The translations under genes were made by a program, and so were the position numbers. From contig JALOAD010000010.1 in assembly GCA_023228995.1 (NCBI GenBank), positions 11,688-75,687 on the forward strand: a stretch of DNA of 64,000 nt. The letters run 5' to 3'. The notes beneath the pieces are model-generated. The model was not told where the DNA came from. It was given only the letters and a program-made list of their open reading frames with translations, and searched no databases. Each line of letters opens with the position of its first letter. The first letter of the stretch is position 1. The DNA comes from Candidatus Muiribacterium halophilum. Its GTDB lineage: Bacteria > Muiribacteriota > Muiribacteriia > Muiribacteriales > Muiribacteriaceae. This document shows, piece after piece, positions 1-8,985 of this stretch.

Positions 1-769
1 TAAAGAAATTGAAGGTAATTCTTTTTTGGCAGATAACAGAATAAATGATATAGAAAAAATTTCTGATAAATATTATATTGCAACAGATGGTGGATTAAAT
101 ATATTTGAATATATTTCTAGTAATTGGAGCACAATTCATAAAGAAAACTCTCGTTTAGGTTCAAATTTAATTAAAGCTATTGCAAAAGAACATACTATTT
201 TATGGATAGGCACTCAAAACAAAGGACTTTATACTTATAATACAGTTTCAGGAGAATCAAAAATAGCTGGTTTAGATATAGAAGGAAAAGAAATTGTCAA
301 TTCTAAAAGAATAAGTACAATTAATTATATTGAAAATGAAGGTCTTCTTATTGTTGGAACTTATGATAAAGGTATATTTATAAAAAAAGATAATGAATGG
401 GCAAATATAACAACAAAATATCCTTTAAAATCAAGATTACCATCTGATAGGATTTTATGTACTGAATATGGAAACGGAGAGCTTTGGGTTGGTACAAATA
501 AAGGATTAGTTGGTATAAGAAGTGGAAAATACAGGCTTATGAATGAAAAACATGGGTTTGAATATCCTGTTATATTGTCAATGCTATACTTTAAAGATAA
601 TTTATATATAGGAACTGCTAGAGGACTATATGTGCTTGATAGCGAAGATGAACTTTCAAAGATGGAACTTGACAAATCATATAGAATACTTGATATTAAA
701 TCTATTAATGATAATAAAATTATTATAGCTACTCAAAATAATGGAATGCTAGAAATCGATATTCCATGA
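1..769 (+). CDS. Two-component-regulator-propeller (Reg_prop)-repeat protein, 5'-truncated at window edge
   Basis: Frame open from nt 2; repeated LW(I/V)GTxxKGL(Y/V) propeller-blade motifs (LWIGTQNKGLYTY, LWVGTNKGLVGI, LYIGTARGLYVL). Confidence 0.6.
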   Translation, partial: KEIEGNSFLADNRINDIEKISDKYYIATDGGLNIFEYISSNWSTIHKENSRLGSNLIKAIAKEHTILWIGTQNKGLYTYNTVSGESKIAGLDIEGKEIVNSKRISTINYIENEGLLIVGTYDKGIFIKKDNEWANITTKYPLKSRLPSDRILCTEYGNGELWVGTNKGLVGIRSGKYRLMNEKHGFEYPVILSMLYFKDNLYIGTARGLYVLDSEDELSKMELDKSYRILDIKSINDNKIIIATQNNGMLEIDIP

Positions 770-772
770 GTG

Positions 773-801
773 TTGACTTTGATTTAAATATGATTTATAC
801 T
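773..801 (+). promoter_or_regulatory. Sigma70-like promoter upstream of ffh (TTGACT-N17-TATACT)
   Basis: TTGACT at 773-778, 17-nt spacer, TATACT at 796-801, about 30 nt upstream of the ffh ATG. Confidence 0.45.
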
Positions 802-832
802 TTTAAAACTTTAATTTTAATATAGGATTATT

Positions 833-2164
833 ATGTTTGAAAATTTGACAGAAAAACTTGGTGATATATTTGATAAGCTTAAAGGTAAAGGTAAGCTTAC
901 TGAAAAAGACCTTGATATTACTTTAAGAGAAGTTAAATTAGTTCTTTTAGGAGCTGATGTTAATTTTAAAGTAGTAAAAGATTTTATAAAAAATGTTAAA
1001 GAAAAATCACTTGGGTCTGAAATATTAAAAAGTCTTTCTCCAGGACATCAAGTAATTAAAATTGTTAATGAAGAGCTTGTTGATATACTTGGTGGAGAGA
1101 ATGAAAAAATAATTTTTAATTCCAATAGAGTTACAAAAATTATGCTAGTTGGACTTCAGGGTTCAGGAAAAACCACTACATGCGCAAAAATTGCTTATAA
1201 TTATAAAGCCCAAAATAAAAAGATACTTCTTGTTGCTGCTGATATATATAGACCTGCTGCTATTAAACAGCTTAAAGTTCTTGGAGATAGTATTGGTGTT
1301 GAAGTGTTTTCTATGGGAGATAAAGAAGAACCATGGAAAATATTGAAAGCTGCTGAAGAATATGCTGTTCCAAAAGGTATTGACCTTATAATACTTGATA
1401 CTGCTGGACGACTTCATATTGATGAAAATCTTATGGAAGAGCTTAGTCTTATAAAACAAAATAACATTGTTGATGAGACTCTACTTGTTGTAGATGCAAT
1501 GACTGGTCAGGATGCTGTCAATGTTGCAGATAAGTTTAATGAAAAAATTGGACTTTCAGGTCTTATACTTACAAAACTAGATGGTGATGCAAGAGGTGGA
1601 GCTGCACTTTCAATAAAGAAGGTTACCGGTAAACCTATTAAGTATATCGGTGTTGGAGAAAAGATAAATCAACTTGAATCTTTTTATCCAGACAGAATGG
1701 CTTCAAGAATACTTGGTATGGGCGATGTGCTTACTCTTATAGAAAAAGCACAATCAGCTTTTAATGAGGAAGAAGCTAAAGAACTTGAAAAAAAATTCAG
1801 AAAAGCTGAATTTACTTTTGAAGATTTTTATAAACAGCTTCAACAAATTAAAAAAATGGGATCTATTTCTGATATAATGAATATGATTCCTGGAATGGGC
1901 AAGTTAAAAAAAATGCAAGATGTTCAAGTTGATGAAAAAGAACTTGTATATGTTGAAGCTATAATTAATTCTATGACAAAAGAAGAAAGAATAAGACCAA
2001 ATGTAATTGATGGTTCAAGAAAAAAACGAATTGCTTCAGGAGCAGGCAGAAATGTTCAAGAAGTTAATAGACTTTTAAAACAGTTTGAAGATATGAAAAA
2101 AATGATGAAAAACATGGGAAAAATGCAAAAAATGATGGGTAAAATGCCAGGTTTCCCTTTTTAA
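833..2164 (+). CDS. ffh: Signal recognition particle protein Ffh
   Basis: NG-domain P-loop GLQGSGKTTTCAKIA, DTAGR, TKLDGDARGG; Met/Lys-rich M-domain C-terminus. Confidence 0.95.
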   Translation: MFENLTEKLGDIFDKLKGKGKLTEKDLDITLREVKLVLLGADVNFKVVKDFIKNVKEKSLGSEILKSLSPGHQVIKIVNEELVDILGGENEKIIFNSNRVTKIMLVGLQGSGKTTTCAKIAYNYKAQNKKILLVAADIYRPAAIKQLKVLGDSIGVEVFSMGDKEEPWKILKAAEEYAVPKGIDLIILDTAGRLHIDENLMEELSLIKQNNIVDETLLVVDAMTGQDAVNVADKFNEKIGLSGLILTKLDGDARGGAALSIKKVTGKPIKYIGVGEKINQLESFYPDRMASRILGMGDVLTLIEKAQSAFNEEEAKELEKKFRKAEFTFEDFYKQLQQIKKMGSISDIMNMIPGMGKLKKMQDVQVDEKELVYVEAIINSMTKEERIRPNVIDGSRKKRIASGAGRNVQEVNRLLKQFEDMKKMMKNMGKMQKMMGKMPGFPF

Positions 2165-2201
2165 AAAATAAACTTTGATTAATCTCATTTAGGAGGAAAG
2201 A

Positions 2202-2471
2202 ATGTTAAAGATTAGATTGAAAAGACTAGGAACAAAAAAGAAACCTTATTACAGAATTGTGGTTGCAGATGCAAGAACGCAGAGAGATGGAAAAGTAGTT
2301 GAGGAAATAGGAATGTATGATCCTTTAACTGAACCAGCTACTGTTGAAGTAAACGAACAGGCTGTTATGAAATATATCAGCGAAGGTGCTCAGCCAACTC
2401 ATACTGTAAAATCAATATTGAAAAAGCAGGGTATATTAAATAAGATTCACACTGAAAAGCTTTCTAAATAA
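2202..2471 (+). CDS. rpsP: 30S ribosomal protein S16
   Basis: MLKIRLKRLGTKKKPYYRIVVADARTQRDGK N-terminus; RBS AGGAGG upstream; follows ffh. Confidence 0.93.
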   Translation: MLKIRLKRLGTKKKPYYRIVVADARTQRDGKVVEEIGMYDPLTEPATVEVNEQAVMKYISEGAQPTHTVKSILKKQGILNKIHTEKLSK

Positions 2472-2508
2472 TTAGCTTTGGTATTTTGCATTAAGTCAGG
2501 AGGATTCA

Positions 2509-2739
2509 GTGAAAAATCTATTAAGATATATTATTGAAGCAGTTGTTGATGAAAAAGAAGATATTAACATTAATGAAGTTGATGGAGAAAAAACTACAAT
2601 ATTTGAAGTTAAAGTTTCTGATTCAGATGTTGGAAAACTTATTGGTAAAAAAGGAAGAACTATTAATGCTATAAGAACTATTACTAAAGCTGCTCAAAAT
2701 AAGCAGGATAAAAAAGTAATGGTTGAAGTTCTTCAGTAA
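2509..2739 (+). CDS. KH-domain RNA-binding protein (YlqC/UPF0109-like)
   Basis: GKLIGKKGRTINAIR KH GXXG motif; position between rpsP and rimM. Confidence 0.8.
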   Translation: MKNLLRYIIEAVVDEKEDININEVDGEKTTIFEVKVSDSDVGKLIGKKGRTINAIRTITKAAQNKQDKKVMVEVLQ

Positions 2740-2748
2740 AAAGGAGTT

Positions 2749-3132
2749 GTGATGTCTATTAAAGTCACCAGAAAAATAGTTGTAAAATCTTTAGTTACAC
2801 CTGAACTTAAAGAAGAGATTGGAAAACAGGTTGAAGATGCAGAAGTCAATTTGAATAATAATATATCTCTTTTAAATGAAAGACTTCTAGATGAACGATA
2901 TAAACATCTTGAAGGTCAGATACATTCTGAAATTGGAAGATTAAATGTACAACTTGGCGAATTAGCCAAAAAAAAAGAAGAGATGACAAAACTGGAATTT
3001 GGCCAGGAATTTTATCAGGGAACTATAGATTCTCCTGTTGATATTGAACTTGGTGATAATCTCTTTGAAAAAATATCAAGAGCAGAGATAATAGTCAATA
3101 ATGGCGAAGTTACTGAATTTAGAAACATCTGA
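2749..3132 (+). CDS. YlqD-like small protein
   Basis: About 127 aa; coiled-coil-like; sits between the KH gene and rimM as in the Bacillus/Thermotoga rpsP operon. Confidence 0.5.
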   Translation: MMSIKVTRKIVVKSLVTPELKEEIGKQVEDAEVNLNNNISLLNERLLDERYKHLEGQIHSEIGRLNVQLGELAKKKEEMTKLEFGQEFYQGTIDSPVDIELGDNLFEKISRAEIIVNNGEVTEFRNI

Positions 3133-3616
3133 GGATGTAAATAGCCTGTTTGTCATAGGAAGAATATTAAAAGTCCATGGAATAAAAGGAAAGCTCAAGG
3201 TCAATATAATCCCTGAGCTTTTGCCTTTTATTGATGATATTTCCAGTGTATATATTGTTAAAAAAAAATATGACATAGTTTCTGTATCTTTATTTAAAAA
3301 AAATAGTATTATATTATCAGTTGAAAATATAACTGATATTTCCCAAGCTCAAAAATTAGTTGGTAATGATATTGAAGTTGATAAAAAGTTTGTTATAGAA
3401 AAAAAAGGTAAAAATATATTTGAATTAGAAGATCTTTTAGATTTTCAGGTAATTGATCAAAACGAAATTTCACTTGGAAAAGTAAAGGATTTTTATAAAA
3501 CTCCACATTTTTCGTATATTGAGCTTAATAATCAAAAACTTATTCCTTTTATTAAAGAATATATTATTAAAATTGATAATAAAAATAAAAAAATCTATGT
3601 TGATTGGAATGAATAA
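3101..3616 (+). CDS. rimM: 16S rRNA processing protein RimM
   Basis: LFVIGRILKVHGIKGKLKV PRC-barrel N-terminal motif; C-terminal domain; overlaps ylqD-like by 32 nt. Confidence 0.88.
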   Translation: MAKLLNLETSEDVNSLFVIGRILKVHGIKGKLKVNIIPELLPFIDDISSVYIVKKKYDIVSVSLFKKNSIILSVENITDISQAQKLVGNDIEVDKKFVIEKKGKNIFELEDLLDFQVIDQNEISLGKVKDFYKTPHFSYIELNNQKLIPFIKEYIIKIDNKNKKIYVDWNE

Positions 3617-4346
3617 AATAAATATTATTACTATATTTCCAGATTTTTTTAATTCTTTTATAAATTCAGGCCTTATTGGTAAAGCATGTGAAAAAGGTAT
3701 ATTAAATATTAATATTGTTGATTTAAGGGAATTTGGAAAAGGTAATTATTCTCCAGTTGATGATTATTGTTATGGAACAGGTAAAAGCATGGTTATGAAA
3801 TATGATGTATTTTACAATTGTTTAAAATCATTTGATTCTGGATATAAAGTTATTCTTTCTCCTAAAGGTAGGAAATTTAATCAAAAAATAGCAGAAGAGT
3901 TTTCATTAAAAGAAAATATAACTTTATTTTGTGGAAGATATGAAGGGTTTGATGGTAGGATATTTGAGGATGTAGATGATGTTATATCAGTTGGAGATTA
4001 TGTTCTTAATGGCGGTGAAACAGCAAGTTTATGTGTAATCGAAAGTATGGCAAGGCTTATAGATGGGTTTTCAAAAACTGATATATTAAAAGAAGATTCT
4101 TTTAATGATAATTTACTGGAAGGTTATTCATATACTAGACCTGATGAATTTAATGAAAAAAAAGTTCCTGATATTCTATTAAATGGTAATCATAATATGA
4201 TAAATAGATATATTAGAAAAAACTCGCTTGAATTAACAATGAAAATTAGAAAAGATCTTTTCAATGATATTATTTTAAAAGATGATGATATTCAAATGCT
4301 TACGGAGATTATAAATGAAAAATGTCACATTAATACTTCTTCATAA
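3597..4346 (+). CDS. trmD: tRNA (guanine37-N1)-methyltransferase TrmD
   Basis: MLIGMNKINIITIFPDFF start matches TrmD N-terminus; SPOUT motifs (LSPKGRKFNQ, GRYEGFD); ORF-track start at 3519 lies inside rimM and is rejected. Confidence 0.9.
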   Translation: MLIGMNKINIITIFPDFFNSFINSGLIGKACEKGILNINIVDLREFGKGNYSPVDDYCYGTGKSMVMKYDVFYNCLKSFDSGYKVILSPKGRKFNQKIAEEFSLKENITLFCGRYEGFDGRIFEDVDDVISVGDYVLNGGETASLCVIESMARLIDGFSKTDILKEDSFNDNLLEGYSYTRPDEFNEKKVPDILLNGNHNMINRYIRKNSLELTMKIRKDLFNDIILKDDDIQMLTEIINEKCHINTSS

Positions 4347-4866
4347 TAATATTGTAAATAAACATGGAAATGTTGTTGAAACTTCTATTACAAATATTGA
4401 TATTCATGATATTGCTCGTACTTGTAAAACTTATGGAATAACAGAATATGCAGTTGTAACAAGACTACAGAGTCAAAAAAGACTTCTTGAAGAAGTTATA
4501 GATTATTGGGTTGATGGGAAGGGTGGAAAAATCAATCCTGATAGAAGATTAGCACTTGAGATTATAAATCATTATAATGATATTAATGCTATAATTGAAA
4601 AATATGAGAATTGCTCTATTATAATAACTGACGCAAAAAAACATGATAGAAATATTAGTTATTTAGATATGAGAAATATTATTAAATCTCAAAAAGATAA
4701 GCATTTTCTACTTGTATTTGGTACAGGTTGGGGACTTGACAGTCTTATTACATCTAAGTCAGAATATGTTCTTGAACCTATTGAAGGTGATTCTTCATAT
4801 AATCATCTTTCAGTTAGAGCAGCTTGTGCTATAATATGTGATAGACTTTTTGGGAATAATTTTTAA
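4315..4866 (+). CDS. SPOUT-fold putative RNA methyltransferase (TM1570-like), trmD-adjacent
   Basis: FLLVFGTGWGLD motif resembles the SPOUT SAM-binding knot; the same trmD-downstream position as the Thermotoga SPOUT gene; rplS does not follow. Confidence 0.4.
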   Translation: MKNVTLILLHNNIVNKHGNVVETSITNIDIHDIARTCKTYGITEYAVVTRLQSQKRLLEEVIDYWVDGKGGKINPDRRLALEIINHYNDINAIIEKYENCSIIITDAKKHDRNISYLDMRNIIKSQKDKHFLLVFGTGWGLDSLITSKSEYVLEPIEGDSSYNHLSVRAACAIICDRLFGNNF

Positions 4867-4908
4867 CTAAACTTTATTTTTAGGAGAATTATTATTATAA
4901 TTAATTAT

Positions 4909-5616
4909 ATGATGAAAAAAATATCTTTTTTAATTTTTTCTTTAGCAATTGTTTTTAATATTTATGCTATTGATCTTAATAATGCCTCTCTTGATGAACT
5001 TCTTAATGGTACAAATATAGATTTAATTGATGCAATGAAAATACTTGATTACAGAAAAGATAAAAAGATTAAAGATATTGATCAGCTTGTTAATGAAAAC
5101 ATAATTTCTTCTCAGGTTGGAAAACGATTTAAAGATTCTATAAAAAAAAATACAAGAGTTGAACCTGTTCAAGATTTAAGAATAAGAGAGGTTTTTTCTG
5201 GACCAAGAACAGATGTTCGTAGCAGAGCTAATAATGAACAACTTTTTTCAGAAAACGAGACTTTTCAAAAAATCCTTGAAAAAATGTCTGCAAAAGATTA
5301 TCCGGTAGCTGCAAAATATATATCATATTTTAGAAAAAACTTTAGAGAATCTATTTATACAGATGATATTATTTACTTTGCTGCTGCAATATATGAAGAA
5401 AATAATCAAACAGAAAAAGCAATTAGTAATTATTCTATAATATATGAAAGATTTCCTAATTCAGATATTTCTGTAATTGCTTTATTTAGAATTGCAATTT
5501 GTTATGAAAAATCGGATATTATGAGTAAGGCGGAGGAATACTATAGAAGAATTGTTCTCGAATATTCAAACACTCTGTGGGCTGGAAAAGCTAGACAAAG
5601 ATTAGAAGAAATATAA
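4909..5616 (+). CDS. Secreted ComEA-like helix-hairpin-helix plus TPR-like protein
   Basis: Signal peptide; IDLNNASLDELL...AMKILDYRKDKKIKDIDQL matches the ComEA HhH motif; C-terminal YbgF-like TPR helices. Confidence 0.55.
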   Translation: MMKKISFLIFSLAIVFNIYAIDLNNASLDELLNGTNIDLIDAMKILDYRKDKKIKDIDQLVNENIISSQVGKRFKDSIKKNTRVEPVQDLRIREVFSGPRTDVRSRANNEQLFSENETFQKILEKMSAKDYPVAAKYISYFRKNFRESIYTDDIIYFAAAIYEENNQTEKAISNYSIIYERFPNSDISVIALFRIAICYEKSDIMSKAEEYYRRIVLEYSNTLWAGKARQRLEEI

Positions 5617-5911
5617 TTTTTTTTATTACACTAACGCAAAAAAATCATTCAATACTATTCTATATTTTAATTTTAATTCGACATTGAAAATTTCACATTC
5701 CTCATTAATAAACGTTCACTTATAATACAACTGTGTATTATATGCTTCGAAACATTCACTCAAGTTATCGAGTAGATTTTTAAAAAACCTTTTTTTTGAA
5801 TATTTTTTTTACAGAATTTACATGGCTTTTCGCTTTGAATTTAACTTTGAGACTTATTTTTCCGATATATTACATAACAATATAAAATCCTAGAAAAGGA
5901 AGTGATGAAAA

Positions 5912-6079
5912 ATGTTGTGTAGTAAACATCTATGTACTTTTATTGAAGAAATATTCATCATAAATCTTTATGGAACTGATGAACAAAAAAAAATACTAGA
6001 TGATTTTATAAAAACAAGAGATGGTAAATCTCTAAAAAAAATTGTTTCAATAGCTAATTTATTGAAAAAGAGAGGATAA
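5912..6079 (+). CDS. Small conserved protein (55 aa), LYGTD family, paralog of the gene at 41276
   Basis: Below the ORF-track size cutoff; ATG with a GGA-rich RBS; aligns over about 50 aa with the product of 41276-41629 (LCTFIEEIFIINLYGTDEQ vs PLFLEELFIVHLYGTDAE). Confidence 0.5.
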   Translation: MLCSKHLCTFIEEIFIINLYGTDEQKKILDDFIKTRDGKSLKKIVSIANLLKKRG

Positions 6080-6080
6080 A

Positions 6081-6539
6081 ATGAAAAAAGTTAAATTCTT
6101 GGTTTTAATATCTATTCTTTTATTTGGAACATTTGCTGTAAATGCTAATTCTTTGAATTCTGATGAAGTTTTAAAGCAAGTTGTTGAAAAACCTTATGAT
6201 TCTGAGCTTTTATTTATGGCTTCTGTTGTTAATTATTTTAAAGGTGATTATGATAATTCGTTAAAATATTTTGTTAGAGCTTCTGTTTTTGACCGAGCGA
6301 TTCTTGTTAGAAAAGACTATGGCATGATTGATGCTTTGACTAATTATACAAAAGAAATATTGAATAATTCCCAAAAAACAGAGTTGAAGATTTACTCATG
6401 TATATTTTTAGATAAATTGGGTGAAAAAAAATACTCTTATGCACATTTACAAAATCTATATAATAACGTAAAAGATGAAAGTCAAAAAATTACTATTTCA
6501 AGGATATTAAATAGTATAAGATTCATGAATACTCTATAA
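6081..6539 (+). CDS. Secreted hypothetical protein
   Basis: N-terminal signal peptide (LVLISILLFGTFAVNA); starts 1 nt after the small ORF stop. Confidence 0.6.
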   Translation: MKKVKFLVLISILLFGTFAVNANSLNSDEVLKQVVEKPYDSELLFMASVVNYFKGDYDNSLKYFVRASVFDRAILVRKDYGMIDALTNYTKEILNNSQKTELKIYSCIFLDKLGEKKYSYAHLQNLYNNVKDESQKITISRILNSIRFMNTL

Positions 6540-6707
6540 CTATTTCTAAATTTATTCGTATATTATTTTCTGTTATTTTTGCATTTTTCTTTATTCTTTT
6601 TTTCTCTTGACTAAAGTTTAGGTCAAATGTAATATTATTCTATTAGAAACCATTGTTTAATTATAGAGATATATTTAAAGATTAAACATTTAAAAAAAAT
6701 GTGTTAA

Positions 6708-7535
6708 TTGGAGTTGTGTATGAAGAAAAATGAAATTATGGAAAAAAAGAAATTAAGTGATGGAAGTTATTTATTTAAAATATATAACCCGGAAGTTGCT
6801 AAGAATTCTTATGCGGGTAATTTTGTTATTGTAATTGCTAAAGATGGCTCAGAGAGAATTCCTCTTACAATAATGGAATATACTGATGAATGGATTAGTA
6901 TTGTTATTCAGCCAATAGGTTTTTCTACTAAAGAAATTTGCTTTTTGGAAGAAAAAGATTGTTTTTCTGGTATTATGGGTCCTCTTGGTAAAAAAATCGA
7001 AAATAAAAAATATGGAACTATACTTTTTGTTGCGGGTGGTATTGGTATAGCTCCGGTAATTCCTCAGATGATGGAATTCAAAAAAACTGATAATAAAATA
7101 ATTCTTATACATGGTGCTAGAGATGGTGAACATATAATTCTCGAGAAAGAGTCTAAAAAATATACTGATAATTATATTATTTGTACAGATGATGGTTCTA
7201 TGGGTAAAAAAGGTCTTGTGACCAATGCTATGAAAGAGCTTATAGAAAGTGGTGAAAAAATAGATCATATTGTAACTATTGGTCCTCTTATAATGATGAA
7301 ATTTGTATCAGATCTTTCTAAAAATTATAGTATTCCAACGACTGCAAGTCTTAATACTATAATGCTTGACGGTACCGGAATGTGCGGTAGTTGTAGAGTA
7401 GAATATGATGGTGAAGTTAAATTTGCATGTGTTGATGGTCCTGATATGGATGCTCATAAAATAAATTTCGATGTTCTTTTAAGAAGAAATGCTAGATTTA
7501 AAAGTCTTGAATTAGTTAATGGAGAAAAAAAATGA
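6708..7535 (+). CDS. nfnA: Ferredoxin-NADP+ reductase-like FAD/[2Fe-2S] subunit (NfnA/SudB/PyrK family)
   Basis: FAD/NAD-binding fold; C-terminal CGSCRVEYDGEVKFACVDGP 2Fe-2S motif; paired with the GltD-like subunit. Confidence 0.75.
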   Translation: MELCMKKNEIMEKKKLSDGSYLFKIYNPEVAKNSYAGNFVIVIAKDGSERIPLTIMEYTDEWISIVIQPIGFSTKEICFLEEKDCFSGIMGPLGKKIENKKYGTILFVAGGIGIAPVIPQMMEFKKTDNKIILIHGARDGEHIILEKESKKYTDNYIICTDDGSMGKKGLVTNAMKELIESGEKIDHIVTIGPLIMMKFVSDLSKNYSIPTTASLNTIMLDGTGMCGSCRVEYDGEVKFACVDGPDMDAHKINFDVLLRRNARFKSLELVNGEKK

Positions 7536-8905
7536 AAGAAAGAATGAAAATGAGAGAACAGAATCCTTTAGAGAGAAAAAATAATTTTGAAGAAGTAACT
7601 TTGGGTTACAATGAACAGGAAGCTTTACATGAAGCTTCAAGATGTCTTGAATGTAAAACTGCTCCATGTAAAACAGGTTGTCCAGCTAATGTTCTTATTC
7701 CTGAGTTTATAAAAGAGATAAAAAATAAAGATTTTAAAAAAGCTCACTATATTCTTAAACTAAAAAATAATCTTCCAGCAGTTTGTGGCAGAGTTTGTCC
7801 TCAAGAAGTACAATGTGAGGCAAAATGTGTTCTTGCAAAAAAAGGAAATGCTGTTGCAATTGGTAGACTTGAAAGGTTTATTGCGGATTTTGGTATAAAA
7901 AATAATCTTTCTCTTGATATTGAAAGTAAATCTAATAGTATTAAAGTTGCTGTAATTGGAAGTGGTCCTGCTGGCATAACATGTGCAGCTGATCTTGCTA
8001 AAGAAGGTTTTGAAGTTTATCTTTATGAAGCACTTCATAAAGCTGGTGGAGTTATGGTTTATGGGATTCCAGAGTTTAGACTTCCAAAAAGTATTGTTGA
8101 GCATGAGATTAATAAGATTCAGGAGCTTGGTGTTAAGCTTGAGACAAACATGGTATTTGGCAAAAATATTAATCTCTCAGATCTTAAAGAAAAAGGATTT
8201 AAGGCTGTTTTTATAGGTAGCGGAGCTGGTCTTCCTAAGTTTATGAATATACAGGGAGAAGAACTTAATACATGTTATTCGGCTAATGAATTCCTTACTC
8301 GGATTAATCTTCTTAAAGCTTATAAATTTCCTGAATTTAAAACTCCTGTTATTGTTGGCAAAAAAACTGTTGTGGTTGGTGGTGGTAATGTTGCTATGGA
8401 TGCTGCAAGATGTGCATTAAGACTTGGAGCTGATGTAACTTTGATTTATAGAAGAACTCAAAAGGAAATGCCAGCAAGAGTTGAAGAAGTTCATCATGCT
8501 ATGGAAGAAGGTATTAAGTTTGAATTTCTTAATAATCCTGTAAGATATGAAGGTGATGAAAAGGGATTTGTTAAAAAAGTTTTTGTTGAGAGGATGAAAC
8601 TTGGTGAACCTGACGCTTCTGGGAGAAGAAGACCTGAAAAAACAGGTGAAATTAGAGAATTTGAAGCTGATAGCGTTGTTGTTGCTATAGGAAATAGTCC
8701 GAATCCTGTTATTCAGCAGAATCTTAAAGATCTTAAGACTACAAAATGGGGAACAATTGAAGTTGATGAAAATAATAATACAAGCATTCCTGGAATATTT
8801 GCAGGTGGAGATATTACAACAGGTGCTGCAACTGTTATTGAAGCTATTGGAGCTGGTAAAAAAGCAGCAATGTCAATTGTAAATTATATTAAAAATAATA
8901 AATAA
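7532..8905 (+). CDS. nfnB: Glutamate-synthase-small-subunit-like NADPH oxidoreductase (NfnB/SudA family)
   Basis: N-terminal Cys-rich Fe-S motifs; two dinucleotide-binding motifs (VAVIGSGPAG, VVVGGGNVAMD); 4-nt overlap with upstream gene. Confidence 0.8.
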   Translation: MKERMKMREQNPLERKNNFEEVTLGYNEQEALHEASRCLECKTAPCKTGCPANVLIPEFIKEIKNKDFKKAHYILKLKNNLPAVCGRVCPQEVQCEAKCVLAKKGNAVAIGRLERFIADFGIKNNLSLDIESKSNSIKVAVIGSGPAGITCAADLAKEGFEVYLYEALHKAGGVMVYGIPEFRLPKSIVEHEINKIQELGVKLETNMVFGKNINLSDLKEKGFKAVFIGSGAGLPKFMNIQGEELNTCYSANEFLTRINLLKAYKFPEFKTPVIVGKKTVVVGGGNVAMDAARCALRLGADVTLIYRRTQKEMPARVEEVHHAMEEGIKFEFLNNPVRYEGDEKGFVKKVFVERMKLGEPDASGRRRPEKTGEIREFEADSVVVAIGNSPNPVIQQNLKDLKTTKWGTIEVDENNNTSIPGIFAGGDITTGAATVIEAIGAGKKAAMSIVNYIKNNK

Positions 8906-8985
8906 TATGATATGCTGTTTTTAATAATATATTTTTTATTACAGAGGATTTAAAAAAATTAATAAAAAAACGGGAGGATTTGTTA

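Noticed and set aside
361-675. Antisense and overlapping ORFs of 60-140 aa from the six-frame track (for example 361-675, 1163-1459, 6849-7268, 7760-8104, 13380-13825, 21583-21765, 23287-23625, 33079-33372, 55080-55406, 57988-58254, 58353-58601, 59686-59973 and 61923-62159)
   Set aside because: Each lies entirely inside a well-supported gene on the other strand or in another frame. They have low-complexity, Phe/Ile/Ser-rich compositions typical of antisense AT-rich DNA, with no RBS and no motifs.
2165-2201. SRP RNA (ffs) expected somewhere near ffh, also checked in the 31.0-31.4 kb and 40.1-40.4 kb islands
   Set aside because: No domain-IV-like GGUCAGGUCCGGAAGGAAGCAGC-type motif or suitable hairpin was found. 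A GGTCAGGCCG string on the minus strand near 31290 is too short to be meaningful.
3519-3596. Upstream extension of trmD given by the ORF track (start 3519)
   Set aside because: The extension lies inside the rimM coding region. The TrmD homology begins at MLIGMNKINIITIFPDFF, so 3597 is chosen.
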